DNA from: an uncultured Desulfobacter sp.
Lineage (GTDB): Bacteria; Desulfobacterota; Desulfobacteria; Desulfobacterales; Desulfobacteraceae
Assembly: GCF_963664415.2 (NCBI RefSeq)
Contig: NZ_CAXXPY010000004.1
Location: forward strand, 415,742 to 479,741
DNA length: 64,000 nucleotides
Reading direction: 5' to 3'
A program made the translations under genes and the position numbers. Shown here in pieces: positions 8,843 to 17,850 of this stretch; position 1 is the stretch's first letter, and every line of letters starts with the position of its first letter. The notes below the pieces were generated by a model. It worked only from the letters and a program-made list of their open reading frames with translations, did not search any database and had not been told where the DNA came from.

Positions 8843-9277
8843 ATGGCAAAAATGTTTTATACCGGGAACAGGGAATCCAAGCTTCTTTCTAAGATAGAGT
8901 CTTCCAAAGAGCGGGAAAGAATAAAAACCATCAGTGCTATCCGGGACAACATTGATTCATTCAGTAACAAAGTTTCCATGAAACTTATTGAGACCGGTCT
9001 CATTGAAACTGTTAGCAAATCCAGTGTGGAAAACCAGATTGTGCGTTGCCTGGATAAACTGTGCCGGGCCGAGGATTTTGATATTGACTATGCTGTGGCC
9101 CCGTTCAGATCCCTGATTTCAAACCCCAATATTGCCAGCCTTTACCTAACCGCATTTGTGGTTGAGACATTGATCAACCACAAAGATGTTATTGATATCT
9201 ACGGCAGCGACGATGATATTTATTTTTGCATTCAAAAAGAATTAACCGCTCTGATGGAACGTGGCAGCGGGTATTGA
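8843..9277 (+). CDS. hypothetical protein
   Basis: 144-aa ORF with SD aaggataaatcaATG. No motif recognised. Confidence 0.45.
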   Translation: MAKMFYTGNRESKLLSKIESSKERERIKTISAIRDNIDSFSNKVSMKLIETGLIETVSKSSVENQIVRCLDKLCRAEDFDIDYAVAPFRSLISNPNIASLYLTAFVVETLINHKDVIDIYGSDDDIYFCIQKELTALMERGSGY

Positions 9278-9305
9278 TTCTCCTGCCGATTTATTTAAAT
9301 CTATA

Positions 9306-9349
9306 CAAGCCGCTTTTTTGAAAATTGTTATTTCAAAAAAAGCGGCTTG
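9306..9349. terminator. long hairpin between convergent genes (bidirectional terminator candidate)
   Basis: caagccgcttttttgaaa ... tttcaaaaaaagcggcttg forms an ~18-bp stem with a one-base bulge, followed by cttttt. Confidence 0.6.
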
Positions 9350-9358
9350 CTTTTTACC

Positions 9359-9724
9359 TTATTTTCTAACCCATGCACCAGCCTCGTTCTGGTAATAGTG
9401 GCCCTTTGTGCCGTTTGAAAAGAGCATGACGGCCCTTCTTCTTTGAACAACCTGAATGGATTCTTTCGCCTTTATTGCAATCTGGGCGTAAGCGGCTTTC
9501 CGATCCTCATTTTCAGCCGAGACCACATCCTGTTTCTCTTTTTTTCCCGTAACAAAACCCAGATAACCGGTATTTGTTTCACCAATAATGCCTCTGTTTT
9601 TTAAGGCAATAATCTGTGGCAGACGCTGCTTCATGCGGTCTTGGATACCATCTGCAAAAGCTGAAAAACAAAAAACAAGAAATAGGGTAAGGGTCATAAC
9701 AAAAAATGATTTAAAGGATTTCAT
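9359..9724 (-). CDS. ydbL: YdbL-family periplasmic protein (DUF1318)
   Basis: Signal peptide is present. GIIGETNTGYLGFV...ENEDRKAAYAQIA...AGAWVRK parallels E. coli YdbL. It is the last gene of a ydbH-ynbE-ydbL array. Confidence 0.75.
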   Translation of the reverse strand: MKSFKSFFVMTLTLFLVFCFSAFADGIQDRMKQRLPQIIALKNRGIIGETNTGYLGFVTGKKEKQDVVSAENEDRKAAYAQIAIKAKESIQVVQRRRAVMLFSNGTKGHYYQNEAGAWVRK

Positions 9725-9951
9725 TATTCAGTTCCTCCTGTTTTAGACTGATTTCTTTCAAGTTTCTCCTGAGCAGCATCAATATCACCGAAGAAATCAT
9801 CCAGGGCTTTGTCAACCTTGACGTTTACATCAATAGTAATATGAATGGGTTTGAATTCAACCGGTTTGACTTCAATCTCATGACTGGTCCTGCAACCGGT
9901 CAGTGTCAAAAAAAGAATACTGACAACGACGGCCCCACATTGTCTTAGCAT
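9724..9951 (-). CDS. ynbE: YnbE-family lipoprotein
   Basis: Lipobox LTLTGC is present. IEVKPVEFKPIHITIDVNVKVDKALDDF parallels E. coli YnbE. Confidence 0.7.
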   Translation of the reverse strand: MLRQCGAVVVSILFLTLTGCRTSHEIEVKPVEFKPIHITIDVNVKVDKALDDFFGDIDAAQEKLERNQSKTGGTE

Positions 9952-9965
9952 AGCAACCTCACTAT

Positions 9966-12854
9966 TTAAGGATTCATAATGCGCTTTAGATTATTACTCA
10001 TTTGAATAACCTGGTTAAATGGCAGGGTTAAATTAACATCCAGTTTAATTCCCTGGAAATTTGATCCAGGACTTTGAGCATTCACACGAATAAAAGAGTT
10101 CAGGTTCCGGTTATATTCAAAGGGCAAAGCAGATAGCGGCTTTCCATCCAGCTGCATATTTACGGCAAGTGTATCTCCATGGGTATTGAGTTTAAGTTTT
10201 ACCCATTTGTACTCAAAGTTTTTTAACGCTTCTCCTGCAAGATCAAGCTGGGAGAATTCCGGTGTATTCTTTGGAATTCCGGCAAGCATTCGGTCAAGGT
10301 TCCGAATATAAATCCGTCCCCCCTCCCCGGGAGTTGAAAAAAGAAAGCCGTTATCAAAACCGATTTCAGTATTTTTCATCACCACCGGAATACGCCCGCT
10401 TAAGGTGCCGCCCCCTTCTGCATCAAAGGCGCCAATCTGATAAAATAAATCTTCCATTTCAAGGCGGTCACAATACAACGTTAACTGTATGGTGTTATTG
10501 TCCGAAGGCAGTCTGAACGCTTCTGTTGAAACAATACCATTGCACCAGTTAAATTTCAAATTTTCAATATTAACAGACTTTCCGTCTTCAAGGCTGAATC
10601 TAATCTTTCCACTGTTACAGTTAAAACGGCCGGCATTAAATGATTCGATATTTATATACTGGCCTGGAAGGGTTTCAGGGACCAAAAAATCATTAAAATG
10701 CATGTCAGTAGATATACCGGAAGCCAAAAAGCCGGATTCAACAAAATTTATGGTGCCGTTGGATACCTGAATGTCGGCAGATGAATTTATTTTCTGATTA
10801 ATATAGGAGAAATCTGCTTTGGCAGACACATCAAATTTAAGATCATACCCCCCGGCGATACCGGGGATATACGGCAGCAGTTCTTTTTGGGTGAAGGAAA
10901 ACCGATTGGTAGCAATTTGTCCTTTTGCAAAAAAACTCATGCCTGAATCAAGGCCCGCCCGGGCGGAAACATCAATGACCAAACCCGGGATTTCGTTATG
11001 GGAGACTTTTCCTGAAACATCCACAACACAATCGGATGTCTGGACGACTTTTGCAGAAACAGCAGGGATAATTCTATCATGCAGGATAATTTTTTTGGCT
11101 CCTGCCCGCCCGAACGCCTTTATATCTTTAAACGGATAAGTCATGGGCAGTTTAAAGTGAAAACCTTTAACCCTTAAGCCTTGATCCTTCACAGTTACGT
11201 CTGTGTCATACAAAAAAGGGGTGATTTGATATCTGGTATCTGATGACAACGGATTTTCAATTTTACCTGTTATGCCGGCCTTTCTCACATAAGCTGAGAC
11301 CTCATTGGATGCAATTTTTGATTGATTGCATACAGCGTCCACATTGATGACGAAATTTTTACCGGTGCTTCCTTTTTTTACACCAGATTCAATAATGAGC
11401 TCGGGGCTATCCACACGTTTGTCTTCTTGTTTTAAATGGACTAAACGGCTTTTGATCTTTACTTTGGCTTTATTTAAAACAATGTCTGATTTTAAAAAGG
11501 CAAATGCCGCATCTGACGAAACATCCAAGGATGCGGTGTTCATTTCTAAATTATTTTTTTTAAATGCGATTTTATCAATCAGGGCATCCAATTTTATATG
11601 CGTTAAAGGTTCAGGGCGGACAAAATTGCCATCAAATTCAGTCTTTACCTGGAACTCGGAAATATCCAGAACGTTCTTTGGTTCAACTTCGTTGTCTCCA
11701 AGCCCCCTAAGCCCTGTTCCGGAAAAAGCCAATCTGCCGGCCTGATGGTCAAAATTACCTGAAACAAACAGCTTCAATTGGGGATCAAAAAGTTGAATGT
11801 GATCGAAGAAATCTACCGTCGACAAAGGCAATGCCATACGCTCAGGTGTAATATCCCAGGTCTTGGTGATTTCATTTTTCACTGTCAAAGAGAAGTGATC
11901 AACCGTGCCGGATGTTATCTGGGATAAAAATTCAAATCTGAATGGTTCCAGATTGACGCCTGGACTTATGATCCTTACAGTTCCGTCTGCATTGAGTGCC
12001 ATTGCGGCTTTATCAAAAGACAGATCACCTGAAATATTAGCGAAATTAATATTCAAGCGAGGATCTGGTTCCAGCCCCAGATCAGTGAGTTCAAAATGAA
12101 ACGTTGAAAACCCTTTTGTTTCAATTGAAAAATTTACAGGCCCCCGAAACTTGATTGGAAGTTGGTCTGCCTCTGGAAGGATGGCAAAAAACATTTCAGG
12201 GTAAAAACGTTCTGCTGAAATATTGATCTGCACGGGATTTTGTAAAAAATCAGCCGCGGCCCCAAGGGTGATCTTTTGATTCATCGGGAAAACGGACAGT
12301 TTCATATCTGCACGCCGTTTATCCCGGTCCAGTTGGATATCCGCCTCCAGCGGAATACAAAACCGCTCCTTTCCGGTCTCAAAAAAGAGGGTGCTGTTTT
12401 TTAATACAATGTCTGCCGGCAGATATGCAAAATAGGACTCAAAATCATGAATATTAAAATCAGATACAGGGCCCGAATGAGCCTGATTCTTATCCTGGGG
12501 AAATGAAAATCCGCTGACCCGGAGTCTTTTTTTTTCATCCAGATGAACAGTAACATTCAGCCCGGATATAACGCATTCTTCAACGCGGATGATATGTTTT
12601 GCATCCATGCGGTAGGCAAACCGGATGGTGTCCAGGTGCAGATCCTCACCCAAAGAGATATCACTGATCTGTGTGTAGTTGACGCCTAAACGGGATACCG
12701 TAAAATCAAAGGACTGGTTCCCCGGCAACGGGCCAAGAGCAGAATGAACGATATGCGTTGAAATGTCAGGCAGAAAAATAATAATGCACTGAATACACAG
12801 CACAAAAAACAGAGAGGCCGGCAGTAAAATGAGTAGAACACGTTTAAATTGCAT
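9966..12854 (-). CDS. ydbH: YdbH-like AsmA-family intermembrane lipid-transfer protein
   Basis: 962 aa with a single N-terminal TM segment and a beta-rich repetitive body. Synteny with ynbE and ydbL is conserved. Confidence 0.7.
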   Translation of the reverse strand: MQFKRVLLILLPASLFFVLCIQCIIIFLPDISTHIVHSALGPLPGNQSFDFTVSRLGVNYTQISDISLGEDLHLDTIRFAYRMDAKHIIRVEECVISGLNVTVHLDEKKRLRVSGFSFPQDKNQAHSGPVSDFNIHDFESYFAYLPADIVLKNSTLFFETGKERFCIPLEADIQLDRDKRRADMKLSVFPMNQKITLGAAADFLQNPVQINISAERFYPEMFFAILPEADQLPIKFRGPVNFSIETKGFSTFHFELTDLGLEPDPRLNINFANISGDLSFDKAAMALNADGTVRIISPGVNLEPFRFEFLSQITSGTVDHFSLTVKNEITKTWDITPERMALPLSTVDFFDHIQLFDPQLKLFVSGNFDHQAGRLAFSGTGLRGLGDNEVEPKNVLDISEFQVKTEFDGNFVRPEPLTHIKLDALIDKIAFKKNNLEMNTASLDVSSDAAFAFLKSDIVLNKAKVKIKSRLVHLKQEDKRVDSPELIIESGVKKGSTGKNFVINVDAVCNQSKIASNEVSAYVRKAGITGKIENPLSSDTRYQITPFLYDTDVTVKDQGLRVKGFHFKLPMTYPFKDIKAFGRAGAKKIILHDRIIPAVSAKVVQTSDCVVDVSGKVSHNEIPGLVIDVSARAGLDSGMSFFAKGQIATNRFSFTQKELLPYIPGIAGGYDLKFDVSAKADFSYINQKINSSADIQVSNGTINFVESGFLASGISTDMHFNDFLVPETLPGQYINIESFNAGRFNCNSGKIRFSLEDGKSVNIENLKFNWCNGIVSTEAFRLPSDNNTIQLTLYCDRLEMEDLFYQIGAFDAEGGGTLSGRIPVVMKNTEIGFDNGFLFSTPGEGGRIYIRNLDRMLAGIPKNTPEFSQLDLAGEALKNFEYKWVKLKLNTHGDTLAVNMQLDGKPLSALPFEYNRNLNSFIRVNAQSPGSNFQGIKLDVNLTLPFNQVIQMSNNLKRIMNP

Positions 12855-13821
12855 TCTTAATGTCTACACGCAGTAAAAGATCACCCGGAGGACGCCCCGG
12901 TATGGATTTGCCCATTCCCTTAAGCCGGAGCATAGCTCCGCGCCGGATACCTGCGGGTACCACCACCCGGTAAACGGATTTTTTAAATCCCCAGGGTATG
13001 GTGACAAGTTTCTTAGTACCTGTGAGCGCTTCAAGGGAAGTCAATACAATGGTACCGTAAATATCCGAGCCGCCTGACGGGTCTGCTTCAGGGGAGAGCA
13101 CATGAAGCTTGGGGCTGCGTTTTTTGACTGTGAATCTGTCAACTTTTTCACTGAATCCCGCCTTTGGCAGTTTCGTATTTAGACCAATCAAGGCCATCCC
13201 CGAAAGAAAACCGCCAATATGCGCCCACCAGGCAACACCAGCCCCGGCACCCTGCCCTGTGGCATTGATGAATTGGATAAAAAACCAGATCCCCAGAAAG
13301 ACAAAGGCAGGTATCCTGACAAACAAAGGAAAAATAAAAACAGGAATCAGGGTAAGGATTTTATTTCTCGGATGAAGAAGAAAATAAGCACCCATGACCC
13401 CTGCAATAGCGCCGCTTGCACCAATCGTCGGCACGGGCGATGACTGGTTTAGCAAAAAATGGAAAAATGCGGCAAGCAAGCCACAAACCAAATAAAAAGC
13501 GATAAACCGAAACGGCCCTAATTTCTGTTCAATGTTATCTCCAAAAATATACAGAAACCACATATTTCCAATAAAATGCCAAAATCCGCCGTGCAGAAAG
13601 ATATAGGAAAAAGGTGAGAACAATTTATTCAGCAATGAAAAATGGGCCGCCATCCTCACCATGGTGTATTTTGCAGGGACAAAGCCGAATGTGTAGGCAA
13701 CTGCCTGATCATCTATTCCTGTAATCAACTGCCAGACAAAAACCATACCGGTGATAAAAATAATAGAACAAGTTGCCACAGCACAGGATGTTGCTTCCTG
13801 TTCATCTCTTAAAGGAATCAT
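12844..13821 (-). CDS. rhomboid-family intramembrane serine protease with DnaJ-CTD-like C-terminal tail
   Basis: HGGFWHFIGNMWFLYIFG, GASGAIAGVMGAY (catalytic Ser) and AHIGGFLSG (catalytic His) are present. The C-terminus LEALTGTKKLVTIP...VVVPAGIRRGAMLRLKGMG...GDLLLRVDIK resembles DnaJ C-terminal domain II. Confidence 0.85.
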   Translation of the reverse strand: MIPLRDEQEATSCAVATCSIIFITGMVFVWQLITGIDDQAVAYTFGFVPAKYTMVRMAAHFSLLNKLFSPFSYIFLHGGFWHFIGNMWFLYIFGDNIEQKLGPFRFIAFYLVCGLLAAFFHFLLNQSSPVPTIGASGAIAGVMGAYFLLHPRNKILTLIPVFIFPLFVRIPAFVFLGIWFFIQFINATGQGAGAGVAWWAHIGGFLSGMALIGLNTKLPKAGFSEKVDRFTVKKRSPKLHVLSPEADPSGGSDIYGTIVLTSLEALTGTKKLVTIPWGFKKSVYRVVVPAGIRRGAMLRLKGMGKSIPGRPPGDLLLRVDIKNAI

Positions 13822-14648
13822 GAGGACACCACCCTGAGTTGAAAGTTTTTCGACAATTTGGTTTTAAGTTTTTTTAGAAGTTCCATCACCGCGTCTTCAG
13901 GCGTATAGTCTTTGATATCTCTTCCTTTGGAAAGTAACTTGAACAGGTCTGAATCTATTTCGTCCAGGTTGAGAGATAACTGCACATACTCAAGAAGGGT
14001 AAAGTAAATGCCGGCCATCTGATGTGCCTTACTCCTGGCGATCATAATCTTTCCCCTGAGCGTCAGACTTTGTTCAAGAGCCTGGACGGCCTGTTCTATA
14101 CTGCTGAATGATCTCGGAAAATCAAACTTTTGATCAATCATCTGATCCGCCTGCCATAACTCATCTTCGGTCTCGAGGAAATCCAGATACAATACGGCAG
14201 ACAGAATGGCTTTAACATCGTAATAAATTTCAGGGTCATTGCTGGCCCTTGGGCCTGCGACATTAAGTACACGGATGCCTTGGTCCAGAATAAAGGCGTG
14301 AAGAGTCAAGGCGGCCTCAAAAATATCTTGTTCCATCAGATCTATGGTGCAAACCCACTTGTCTGTTTTCCGGGCAAATGCATCAGTCAGGGCCGACCCG
14401 CCTGTTAAAGGTCCCCGGGCAATGACGACCGTGCCGTCGGAATCAAGTATATTTTGCCGGGTCCGGGCTGGGTACGACCTGGTCTCCATCTCTTTTAAAT
14501 TATAAAATTCGGGTAATGGCCCGGATTCAGTTCTCCGGCCTTTGGTAATCCATCCGCCATAGGGAACATTGAATTTTATGGCGGTATCCAAAGCAGCACG
14601 GTCGGCCCCGGTCTGTCCGCCGGACACAATTTTATCTAAAAAGCCCAT
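13818..14648 (-). CDS. SLOG-superfamily protein (putative molybdenum-carrier / cpYpsA-like) with an uncharacterised C-terminal domain
   Basis: IVSGGQTGADRAALDTAI...YGGWITKGRR is the cpYpsA / Mo-carrier signature. The start was taken at the internal ATG at 14648. It overlaps the rhomboid start by 4 nt. Confidence 0.6.
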   Translation of the reverse strand: MGFLDKIVSGGQTGADRAALDTAIKFNVPYGGWITKGRRTESGPLPEFYNLKEMETRSYPARTRQNILDSDGTVVIARGPLTGGSALTDAFARKTDKWVCTIDLMEQDIFEAALTLHAFILDQGIRVLNVAGPRASNDPEIYYDVKAILSAVLYLDFLETEDELWQADQMIDQKFDFPRSFSSIEQAVQALEQSLTLRGKIMIARSKAHQMAGIYFTLLEYVQLSLNLDEIDSDLFKLLSKGRDIKDYTPEDAVMELLKKLKTKLSKNFQLRVVSS

Positions 14649-14684
14649 GGCATCCTTATGTTTCAGTTGTATGCTTTTATTAAA

Positions 14685-14780
14685 TTTACAAGAAAGAATC
14701 CAGTAACTAATTGGATTCTTTCTATCTTTGTTGTGGCCGAAGACTGGGTGTCGATAGACCAAGGACGGCCCGTGGCCGTT
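14685..14780 (-). repeat. copy A of a ~90-nt intergenic repeat family
   Basis: The minus strand reads ACGGCCACGGGCCGTCCTTGGTCTATCGACACCCAGTCTTCGGCCACAACAAAGATAGAAAGAATCCA-loop-TGGATTCTTTCT. It is homologous to the copies at 32413, 42024, 49233, 50887, 58523 and 58608. Confidence 0.85.
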
Positions 14781-14879
14781 ATATCAATAAAGGATAGCCA
14801 AAGATATTTAAAATTTCAACGGACCAAATGTATTCTTTTGTATCTAATATATGAACACATTAATTGAAATAAGTTTCTG

Positions 14880-17123
14880 CTAAAGGCTGTTTTCGACGGC
14901 GCACTCAAATGCGTTCGTTCCAAAATCCATGCTGAATTCGTCAAGAAGCGCGCGTATCCGGATAATATCGTTTTTCGATTTTTTTATCATGACAAGGTGC
15001 TGATTTTTTTCCTCCTGTTTGAGACAGAAAAGTTCATCCATATCCTTGTTCAAGGTTTCATACATGCTAAAACGTTGAAGAATTTTGTCTTTAAAATCTC
15101 GTGTTACCGCATCAATCAACGGAAAAAAATAATCCTGTTTCAAACTGTTGTGATAGGCTTTTATCTGCCGCTGCATGATCGTCAGTGTCTTTTTCTTAAT
15201 TCTGCCGGCAGCCCTGTCAAGCCCAGGGGTAAAGGAAAATCGCACATGCTTGTCCATTATGGCGGATACAAACAAAACCAATGAATGAAAACCAAAGTCG
15301 GTGACAGCATTGGCTTGCATCGTCCTGGTATATTCAGGTGAAAAGATCTGGGCCGGCAAATGCAACCCTAAAATTTTTTTAATGTTTTCAAGATCAGCTG
15401 CCTTGGAATATTCTTCCTCTTCTTTGATCATTTCAAGGGAAACGCGATCGCCTTCCTGATCCCCGGGGGCGCCAATGGTGACATAATCAATGCGATAAGA
15501 ATCCAGAAGAGATTTAAAATATGACTCTATGCGTTCCTCTTGAAAGCCTACCAATTGTTTGAGTTCCGGGGTTACTTGTTCCAAGATAAAAAGATCTAAC
15601 TCCCGCTTGAAGTCCTGGAACATCATATACAAAATCTGTTTGAACCCCGTCGCATCCACCCCTGTCCTGTATGGCTGTGAGTCAATTTCGGCCTGCCGGA
15701 TAAATTGTGTCACAAGTTTTGTGATATTTTCGCTGTCTTTGAGAAATGCATTCTTTAAATTGGACTCAATCTCCCTGCGCAGCGCTGACACAGCGCCGGC
15801 AACTGAATTATCAACGATAACCCTTAAACGCCTGGCATTACCTTCAAGATCGGCAAGGCGCTTCCTGGCTTTTTCCTGGTCTAAAAGCCCGGCAGAAAAA
15901 ACATCAAAAAGAATTTTTATTTTTTCGTCAAGAATTTGGGTCACAATTTTAAGCCGTTCAATGTGATTGGCATAAAACAGATTGAACCGGGATGCATCAA
16001 ACAGTAAATTGAACCCGGCAAGAAAGCGACGATACTCTTTGGTGCAAAAATCAGCCATCTCCTTGTCCTCCTGCCAGAATTCAAGCCGCTTCTTATTTTT
16101 GGATGAAAGTTTTTTACCTAAGGCATCAAACAGGGTATACAATGCTGAAAAAGAAAAAAGTTCGACATCCGGCACCAAAAGATTTAGCTCGGAAATCGTT
16201 TTATCCCGTATTTCTTTCAGGTTATTTAAATTTTCATGTTCACTTAAATCACAGTTCAAAACAAAAAAAATATTTTCCAGTAACCCAAGACGTTTTATCC
16301 GTTTTAAAAAGACCATATCAGAGTGGCGAAGCCCCGTACGTGACGAGATGCAGTAAACAATCAGGTTGGCAGCCTCAAGATAAGAAAATATTTTTTCAAG
16401 AACGGCAGGATCTGTGGAATCCGCACCCTGACAATCGGCAATTTCAACGTTTGGATGAATGGTTTTTCCATACACTTCCAGGCACACATCTTTGACATAA
16501 AATGCCTTGGCCGAGTCTGCCGTAAATTGTCTGTGATTGTCAAAGGATTTGGCGTCAAAGCTGATGGTCTGTTCATCAGACCCGATAACGTCTATACAAT
16601 TTTTATATCCGTCAAGTGCATTTCGGATGACCAGTGCTTCGGGACGAAGTCCCTGGGATGTAATGGGAAATGCAGAGACGATGGAATCAAAAACGCGGCG
16701 CAGGTGCTGCCGGTCCTGGGTGCGTCTAATATCAAAAGGTGAGGATTCGTCCTGGCCGGGAAACATCTCCAGACAGCTTTCAATTTCACTGTTGATCTCA
16801 TCCCATGACTTAAGATGAATAATTGCTCTGTTCTTTTTCCCCTTTCTGATACGGGTGGTAATGGATGTCACCACACCAGCCCCGCGCTGAACCAGTTCTC
16901 GGCCTGAAACGGCGTTGATAAAAGTACTTTTGCCGGATTTAATCACCCCGACCACGGCCACACGCAAAATCCCTTCGCTGATGTAGGAAGGGATTTTGCT
17001 GCAAAGCTGTCTGCTCTCAACAAGACTTTTGTCAGAATAATTTGAAACGGCAGCCAGACTATTAATCACCGAGAGGGTATCATCAACTATATTTTCTATG
17101 GAGTCCTGAGGTTGTAAAGTCAT
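14880..17123 (-). CDS. bacterial dynamin-like GTPase
   Basis: P-loop GVIKSGKSTFINA, G3 motif DCQG, and a long helical C-terminal stalk-like region (747 aa). Confidence 0.8.
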   Translation of the reverse strand: MTLQPQDSIENIVDDTLSVINSLAAVSNYSDKSLVESRQLCSKIPSYISEGILRVAVVGVIKSGKSTFINAVSGRELVQRGAGVVTSITTRIRKGKKNRAIIHLKSWDEINSEIESCLEMFPGQDESSPFDIRRTQDRQHLRRVFDSIVSAFPITSQGLRPEALVIRNALDGYKNCIDVIGSDEQTISFDAKSFDNHRQFTADSAKAFYVKDVCLEVYGKTIHPNVEIADCQGADSTDPAVLEKIFSYLEAANLIVYCISSRTGLRHSDMVFLKRIKRLGLLENIFFVLNCDLSEHENLNNLKEIRDKTISELNLLVPDVELFSFSALYTLFDALGKKLSSKNKKRLEFWQEDKEMADFCTKEYRRFLAGFNLLFDASRFNLFYANHIERLKIVTQILDEKIKILFDVFSAGLLDQEKARKRLADLEGNARRLRVIVDNSVAGAVSALRREIESNLKNAFLKDSENITKLVTQFIRQAEIDSQPYRTGVDATGFKQILYMMFQDFKRELDLFILEQVTPELKQLVGFQEERIESYFKSLLDSYRIDYVTIGAPGDQEGDRVSLEMIKEEEEYSKAADLENIKKILGLHLPAQIFSPEYTRTMQANAVTDFGFHSLVLFVSAIMDKHVRFSFTPGLDRAAGRIKKKTLTIMQRQIKAYHNSLKQDYFFPLIDAVTRDFKDKILQRFSMYETLNKDMDELFCLKQEEKNQHLVMIKKSKNDIIRIRALLDEFSMDFGTNAFECAVENSL

Positions 17124-17135
17124 TTGCCCGGCAAA

Positions 17136-17663
17136 TCAGATCAACATCATGGCTTTTTCATATTTCAGGTCCGGTTTGGTATCAAACATGATTTCCCTGG
17201 ACATATCACAGGTGAGCCAGGCCGAATCGGCAAGTTCATTGTCTAACTGCATAGGCCCCCACCCTGCGCAACCCAGAAGGATCATAAAGGTGTCAGGTCC
17301 CTTTCCCATGGCAATGGCTTCCAGGATATCCCGGGAATTACTCAACGCCAGCCAGTCGCAAATTTTAAGGGTTTCATTCCACTCAAACGGGCCGCAATGA
17401 AGTACAAAGACACCTGAAGGCTGAACCGGACCGCCAAGAAAAATATCTGTTTTATCGATACTATCATTGCAGGTAATGCCTAAATCTTCAAAAAGCTCTC
17501 GACCGGTAAGTAACGGGTGGACTTTATTGACAATAAAGCCGAGGGCACCGGATTCATTATGCTCACAAAGACAGGTGACGGTCTGTGCAAAATTAGGATC
17601 CGGAAGGCCGGGAATGGCCATGATGAATTTACCTTTCATATTTTGTGTAATCTGGTCGTTCAT
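17136..17663 (-). CDS. YqgE/AlgH-family protein (UPF0301)
   Basis: IPGLPDPNFAQTVTCLCEHNESGALGFIVNK is the family signature. The ATG at 17663 has ggagaag upstream. Confidence 0.8.
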   Translation of the reverse strand: MNDQITQNMKGKFIMAIPGLPDPNFAQTVTCLCEHNESGALGFIVNKVHPLLTGRELFEDLGITCNDSIDKTDIFLGGPVQPSGVFVLHCGPFEWNETLKICDWLALSNSRDILEAIAMGKGPDTFMILLGCAGWGPMQLDNELADSAWLTCDMSREIMFDTKPDLKYEKAMMLI

Positions 17664-17850
17664 CAACTCTTCTCCATAATGCCGGCCGGCATGTTATTTA
17701 CTTCGTATCAATCCTGACATTACACCTAAACACAAATGCCCAAAGCCTTGCATCTCCGTCCAAAGAGTGCATGCAGCATTTAGGTAACAAACAAACTTAA
17801 TAGTACAAACGAAGTGCTAATTTCAAATATTTTTATTGAATTTGCAATAA

